From assembly GCA_016708435.1 (NCBI GenBank), contig JADJFV010000035.1, forward strand, positions 192,001 to 256,000: a stretch of 64,000 nt of DNA. Reading direction: 5' to 3'. The DNA is from Leptospiraceae bacterium (GTDB lineage: Bacteria; Spirochaetota; Leptospiria; Leptospirales; Leptospiraceae). The translations under genes were made by a program, and so were the position numbers. Below, one piece after another: positions 60,277 to 64,000 of the stretch (position 1 is its first letter; each line of letters starts with the position of its first letter). The notes beneath the pieces were generated by a model. It saw only the letters and a program-made list of their open reading frames with translations, was not told where the DNA came from and did no database searches.

Positions 60277-60420
60277 AATGCTGTAAACTTAAGATTTTTT
60301 AACCACGAAGGACACGAAGATCACGAAGGGATTTTGTAATGAGATCCTGTCTTTTCTTCGCGTTCTTCGTGCCCTTCATGGTTAATTCTTTTTTTCTTTT
60401 CCTTAAGTCAACAGCATTAG
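60277..60420. mobile_element. MITE-like hairpin element, CACGAAG family, copy D (variant TIR taatgctg...cagcatta)
   Basis: aaccacgaaggacacgaagatcacgaaggg / cttcgcgttcttcgtgcccttcatgg; flanking gcttgctatc / gcattcgctac. Confidence 0.6.
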
Positions 60421-60475
60421 GCATTCGCTACTACAGGCTAATGCATATAAAATTAAAGTTATAAGGAATATCAAA

Positions 60476-61342
60476 TTGTTTTTATTTAAAAATATAGTGC
60501 ATTTATTAATTATAACAGTTTTATTTTCCTGCCAGTTAGCTTCTAGATTGAAAAATCTAAATCAAAAAACTTTGCCTTCTATCAAAAATTCTATTTCGAT
60601 GGAACTGGTTGAAATTCCAGAAGGAGAATTTCAAATGGGTTGTAGCAATGCGGATTCTAGCTGTGATGAAGATGAGACACCAGCTAGAAAAGTTTCCATT
60701 GATAAACTTTTTTTTATGGGCAAATACGAGGTAACCAAAGGTGAGTTTTCAAAATTCATTTTTGATACTGGCTATAAGACAGATGCGGAAACTCTTGGTT
60801 TTGCGAACTCCTGGAAGAGTTGTCATGGAATGAAACAAAAAGAAGATCATCCTGTAATTTGTGTAAGTTGGAACGATGCAAAAGAATTTACAAATTGGCT
60901 AAGCACAAAAGAAAAAAAGAAATACAGGCTACCTACAGAGGCAGAATGGGAGTATGCGGCGAGGGCTTCGATTGCTCTTTCTGTATCGACTAATCTAGTC
61001 GATACTCGATACTATTGGGGAATTGATATGAACGATAATTATGTATGGTATAATAAAAATTCAAATAAATCCACACACCCTGTAGGAACAAAAAAGCCAA
61101 ACGGGAACGGACTCTATGATATGGCGGGTAACGCTTCTGAATGGTGTGAAGACGATTACGATCCAGACTATTTTAAGAAAAAAGAAGTGAATTCATCAAA
61201 AAAAAAAGAGGAAAATAATAAAGTCCTGCGGGGTGGAAGTTGGTTTGATTCTTATTTAATGCTGAGAGTATCTGCTAGAGTTTTTGCTCCCAAGGATGCG
61301 AGAGAAAACTATTACGGCTTTCGGGTCGTAATGGAAAAATGA
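60476..61342 (+). CDS. formylglycine-generating enzyme (SUMF1/FGE-sulfatase) domain lipoprotein
   Basis: FGE domain motifs: GEFQMGC, HPVICVSWNDAKEFTNWLS, YRLPTEAEWEYAAR, MAGNASEWCEDDY, RGGSWFD. Confidence 0.8.
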   Translation: MFLFKNIVHLLIITVLFSCQLASRLKNLNQKTLPSIKNSISMELVEIPEGEFQMGCSNADSSCDEDETPARKVSIDKLFFMGKYEVTKGEFSKFIFDTGYKTDAETLGFANSWKSCHGMKQKEDHPVICVSWNDAKEFTNWLSTKEKKKYRLPTEAEWEYAARASIALSVSTNLVDTRYYWGIDMNDNYVWYNKNSNKSTHPVGTKKPNGNGLYDMAGNASEWCEDDYDPDYFKKKEVNSSKKKEENNKVLRGGSWFDSYLMLRVSARVFAPKDARENYYGFRVVMEK

Positions 61343-61383
61343 ACTCTGAATTTTCATATATTTATTTTGAAAACAAAAACTAA

Positions 61384-61806
61384 ATGACTCTCAAAATTTC
61401 ACAGGAATTGCAAACCGTGTATGAGCAAACGAATTATCGAGTAATCCTAGAACATAAAGAAATTTTACTGCGTGTTGGAGTGATTTCAGAAGAAATGAAT
61501 TTACTTTTAGAAGAGTCAGAAAAAGAAACCTATGTATTCGTCACAGCGGCTAATCCATATTCCGTGCTAAAGTCCGAAGAGGAAAATGTAAGATTAACCC
61601 AGAAACTAGAAGATAAAATCAAAGAGAAAGAGTATTTTTATATCAAAGGAATCGGAGAGTCACCTGACGGCAATTGGAAAGAAGAATCCTTTTGTATCTT
61701 GGGAATTGATTTAGAAGAAGCCAAACTTTTATCAAAAGAATTTTCCCAGAATGCATTTTTATTTGGCAAAAAAAATACTGTAACTGAACTTATTTGGACT
61801 GTTTAA
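61384..61806 (+). CDS. hypothetical protein, possibly DUF3293
   Basis: 140 aa; FVTAANPYS motif resembles the DUF3293 core; weak. Confidence 0.35.
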   Translation: MTLKISQELQTVYEQTNYRVILEHKEILLRVGVISEEMNLLLEESEKETYVFVTAANPYSVLKSEEENVRLTQKLEDKIKEKEYFYIKGIGESPDGNWKEESFCILGIDLEEAKLLSKEFSQNAFLFGKKNTVTELIWTV

Positions 61807-62350
61807 AAAACTTTTGAATCTCTTTGTCTTTCATAAATTCATAATCATAGTCGGGACCGTAGTCTACATAAAGCTCCTCACCGGCCTCTATTACGCGTAA
61901 CGTTTTTATAAGAGCATAAGGAGGATCACATATCTTTTCAAATTTTACATTTTGGAATTTTACTGGAGCATAATTCATTCTAGTAAATACATTGCCTTCC
62001 TGCCTGCCATCAGCGCCTACATAGTTTTCGAGATAAGGCTTCGCACAGTCTTTAAACCACATTACATATTGCCATTGGTCTTTGTCTACTAACGCATTGT
62101 ATTCCTCCTCTGTAATCAATTTACCCTTATACGATCCAAGAACAATTCCAGCCTCTAATCTCTGAGAGGTAAATACCCCTTTGCCTGACTTTGGAATCAG
62201 GGAGGTTTTAATCTCAAGAGAGGATTCTAGGTTTGGAATCTCTTTTTGTTTAGGAAAAGACGCACAAAATAAAAGGGGAGTGATTAAAAGAAGTAAGATT
62301 GTTTTTTTCATTGACTTATCCAATTGAAATTCCAATCTTTTGGGAATCAT
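61790..62350 (-). CDS. SET-domain-like lipoprotein (tentative)
   Basis: Signal peptide; GKGVFTSQRLEAGIVLGSYKGKLIT and C-terminal GEELYVDYG resemble SET-domain N- and C-motifs. Confidence 0.4.
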   Translation of the reverse strand: MIPKRLEFQLDKSMKKTILLLLITPLLFCASFPKQKEIPNLESSLEIKTSLIPKSGKGVFTSQRLEAGIVLGSYKGKLITEEEYNALVDKDQWQYVMWFKDCAKPYLENYVGADGRQEGNVFTRMNYAPVKFQNVKFEKICDPPYALIKTLRVIEAGEELYVDYGPDYDYEFMKDKEIQKFFKQSK

Positions 62351-62374
62351 AAATTTGAAAACAAAAGAAGTTTT

Positions 62375-62710
62375 TTAAGTTAATAAATACCAAAATGAGA
62401 TTAAAAAAAGACCTATTGGTTTTTCGAAGTTCATCTTGTAAATCTTCATAATCCTGTCAATAAGATATTTTTGGTTTAACCAGTTCTTTGGATAATCGAT
62501 ATTATCCGTTTCATATACTTTGATTTCTAGGATAAGAATAAAATCAGATTGATTTACTAGAATTATTATAAATTCTGGATATAGAAGTAGCGAGGAATAA
62601 AAATCATGATATTTGAACTGATACTTAAATTTTTTGGAATAGAAAATCATCAAGTCGGTGGAACAATCGAGACATTTCATACGATTCCAGAGATCATTGC
62701 TTTCTTTCAA
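62375..62710 (-). CDS. hypothetical protein
   Basis: 111 aa ORF; mutually exclusive with plus-strand ORF 62606..62875; weak. Confidence 0.25.
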   Translation of the reverse strand: MKESNDLWNRMKCLDCSTDLMIFYSKKFKYQFKYHDFYSSLLLYPEFIIILVNQSDFILILEIKVYETDNIDYPKNWLNQKYLIDRIMKIYKMNFEKPIGLFLISFWYLLT

Positions 62711-62899
62711 AGAATATATCCAGAGGCAAACGTTGAGAAAACGCCCGAGGATTCAGAAGAGCTAGGAATTTATATCAAAAGAAAAGATGTAAATCGGATT
62801 TTTATACCGATTCGAGAGAGTCAAAAGAGTGGCTATTTCTTAATAGAAGTTCCCAGTGAATCGAGTTTGAGTTAGATTAGCTCTTACACGGAAATCGCA

Positions 62900-64000
62900 A
62901 TGGATAAAAAGGATGAATTGCAAATTAAGATGGTAGAAGTTTTTCCTTGGAATACTAATTTTGAAACTGGTATTTCTAAAATAGATGAACAGCACAAACG
63001 TCTTGTTGAATTGCTAAATATGTTAGCAGGACATTTGGCATTCAGATCCGATACAATCGCTCTCAATTCAATTTTTGTTGAGCTAACAGAATATGCTCTC
63101 TATCATTTTCAATACGAAGAAGATATCTGGGAAAAATATCTCGGAGAGGATACTTTAAATTATGCGCACAAGCAAGAGCACTCTGACTTTGTAAATGATA
63201 TTCTAAAACTCAAAGCAGAAGAAGGTTGGAAACCAATAGATGATATTTTAGAAGATGTCCTTTCTTTTCTAACTCATTGGTTAGCGTTTCATATTTTGCA
63301 AAGTGATAAGCGTATGTCAAAAGTTGCCTTAGCAGTAAAATCCGGGTTGACCCTAGAAGAATCTAAGAAAACGGCAGACGAAGAAATGAGTGGAGTATTA
63401 AAAGTGCTCATTGAAACTATTCTTTCTATGTATGATAGTCTTTCTAGTCGCACACTCGAATTATTACGAGAAGTCACTGAGCGTCAAAAAGCAGAGGCTA
63501 AGCTTCGTTTGGCGGCAAACGTATTCGACAATACCTTAGATGCAATCTGTATCACCGATTCAGATTTTAAAATCATGGAAGCCAATCCTTCTTTTTGTCA
63601 GGTAACAGAATTTGCCTTTGTCGATGTGATTGGAAGAGACTTGAGTGATATAAAGTCTGGCTTGCAGGAAAAAGAACAAATTGAAGGCTTCTGGAGTATG
63701 CTAAATGAGTCCGGTCATTGGAGTGGAATTATTAGCAATCGCCGTAAGACAGGTGAAGTAGAAGCAGAATGGCTTACACTATCGGTAGTGAAAAATGAAT
63801 CAGCAGCTATTAGCAATTATGTGGCAGTGTTTTCGAACGTCAGCCATTTGATTCAACAACAAACTGTGCTTGAAAAAATCGCACATCACGATGCGTTAAC
63901 CGGTCTACCGAATCGATTATTACTCAAAGATAGATTGAGTCTGGCTGTCGCTCATTCCGAAAGAACAAAGACTTCACTTGCAATCTGCTATATTGACTTA
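62900..64000 (+). CDS. hemerythrin-like / PAS / GGDEF (diguanylate cyclase) signalling protein, partial (C-terminus beyond window)
   Basis: FPWNTNFETGISKIDEQHKRLVELLN hemerythrin HHE motif; PAS segment; HHDALTGLPNR GGDEF start; reading frame open to position 64000. Confidence 0.7.
   Translation, partial: MDKKDELQIKMVEVFPWNTNFETGISKIDEQHKRLVELLNMLAGHLAFRSDTIALNSIFVELTEYALYHFQYEEDIWEKYLGEDTLNYAHKQEHSDFVNDILKLKAEEGWKPIDDILEDVLSFLTHWLAFHILQSDKRMSKVALAVKSGLTLEESKKTADEEMSGVLKVLIETILSMYDSLSSRTLELLREVTERQKAEAKLRLAANVFDNTLDAICITDSDFKIMEANPSFCQVTEFAFVDVIGRDLSDIKSGLQEKEQIEGFWSMLNESGHWSGIISNRRKTGEVEAEWLTLSVVKNESAAISNYVAVFSNVSHLIQQQTVLEKIAHHDALTGLPNRLLLKDRLSLAVAHSERTKTSLAICYIDL

Noticed and set aside
35896-60420. 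Possible CRISPR arrays, considered because of the short repeated heptamers (CACGAAG etc.)
   Set aside because: The repeats are 7-mers inside hairpin arms at irregular 9-15 bp spacing, with their complements on the opposite arm. There are no uniform 25-40 bp repeat/spacer units and no cas genes, so this is not a CRISPR.
62606-62875. Plus-strand 89-aa ORF overlapping minus-strand ORF 62375..62710
   Set aside because: The two are mutually exclusive and neither has motifs. I kept the minus-strand one at low confidence only because it has a more protein-like composition.

Overview
This is an AT-rich bacterial chromosomal segment whose gene content suggests a spirochaete, Leptospira-like genome (WG-repeat, DUF1566 and Fn3/TPR lipoproteins; conserved dnaX-ybaB-recR, recA and bioA-bioD loci). 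That attribution is inference only. Housekeeping genes present are recA, bioA/bioD, dnaX-ybaB-recR, tRNA-Ser and tadA, plus a PPK2, a RibD_C reductase, an MFS transporter, an MBOAT acyltransferase and two class III adenylyl cyclases. These are interleaved with accessory DNA.

Three things stand out:

- **Defence-like island (about 5.4-14.7 kb).** It carries a Septu-like PtuA ATPase plus a PtuB-type HNH nuclease, a REP-associated tyrosine transposase (RAYT) interrupted by an amber codon with REP palindromes inside it, ankyrin and coiled-coil genes, and a WYL-like regulator. The HNH gene is broken by a frameshift in an A-run.
- **MITE-like hairpin elements.** Several related families share the terminal inverted repeat CAATGTCATTAAG or a triple-heptamer arm architecture (CACGAAG, CACAAAG, CACAGAG or TTGCAGT, three copies per arm). 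Several copies have 9-12 bp flanking direct repeats.
- **A 5.3 kb very AT-rich island (36.1-41.3 kb).** Two inverted copies of the CACGAAG element bracket it. It carries an operon of an atypical ParA/MinD-like ATPase, a coiled-coil protein and an HTH plus PD-(D/E)xK-like protein. I cannot assign this operon to any described system. It is the best candidate in the window for an undescribed module.

Also present: a type II TA pair whose ParE-like toxin carries an in-frame TGA, a TonB-dependent receptor with a frameshift in a T-run, and iteron-like GATACTATCAA arrays at two distant intergenic sites. No CRISPR array and no rRNA were seen.
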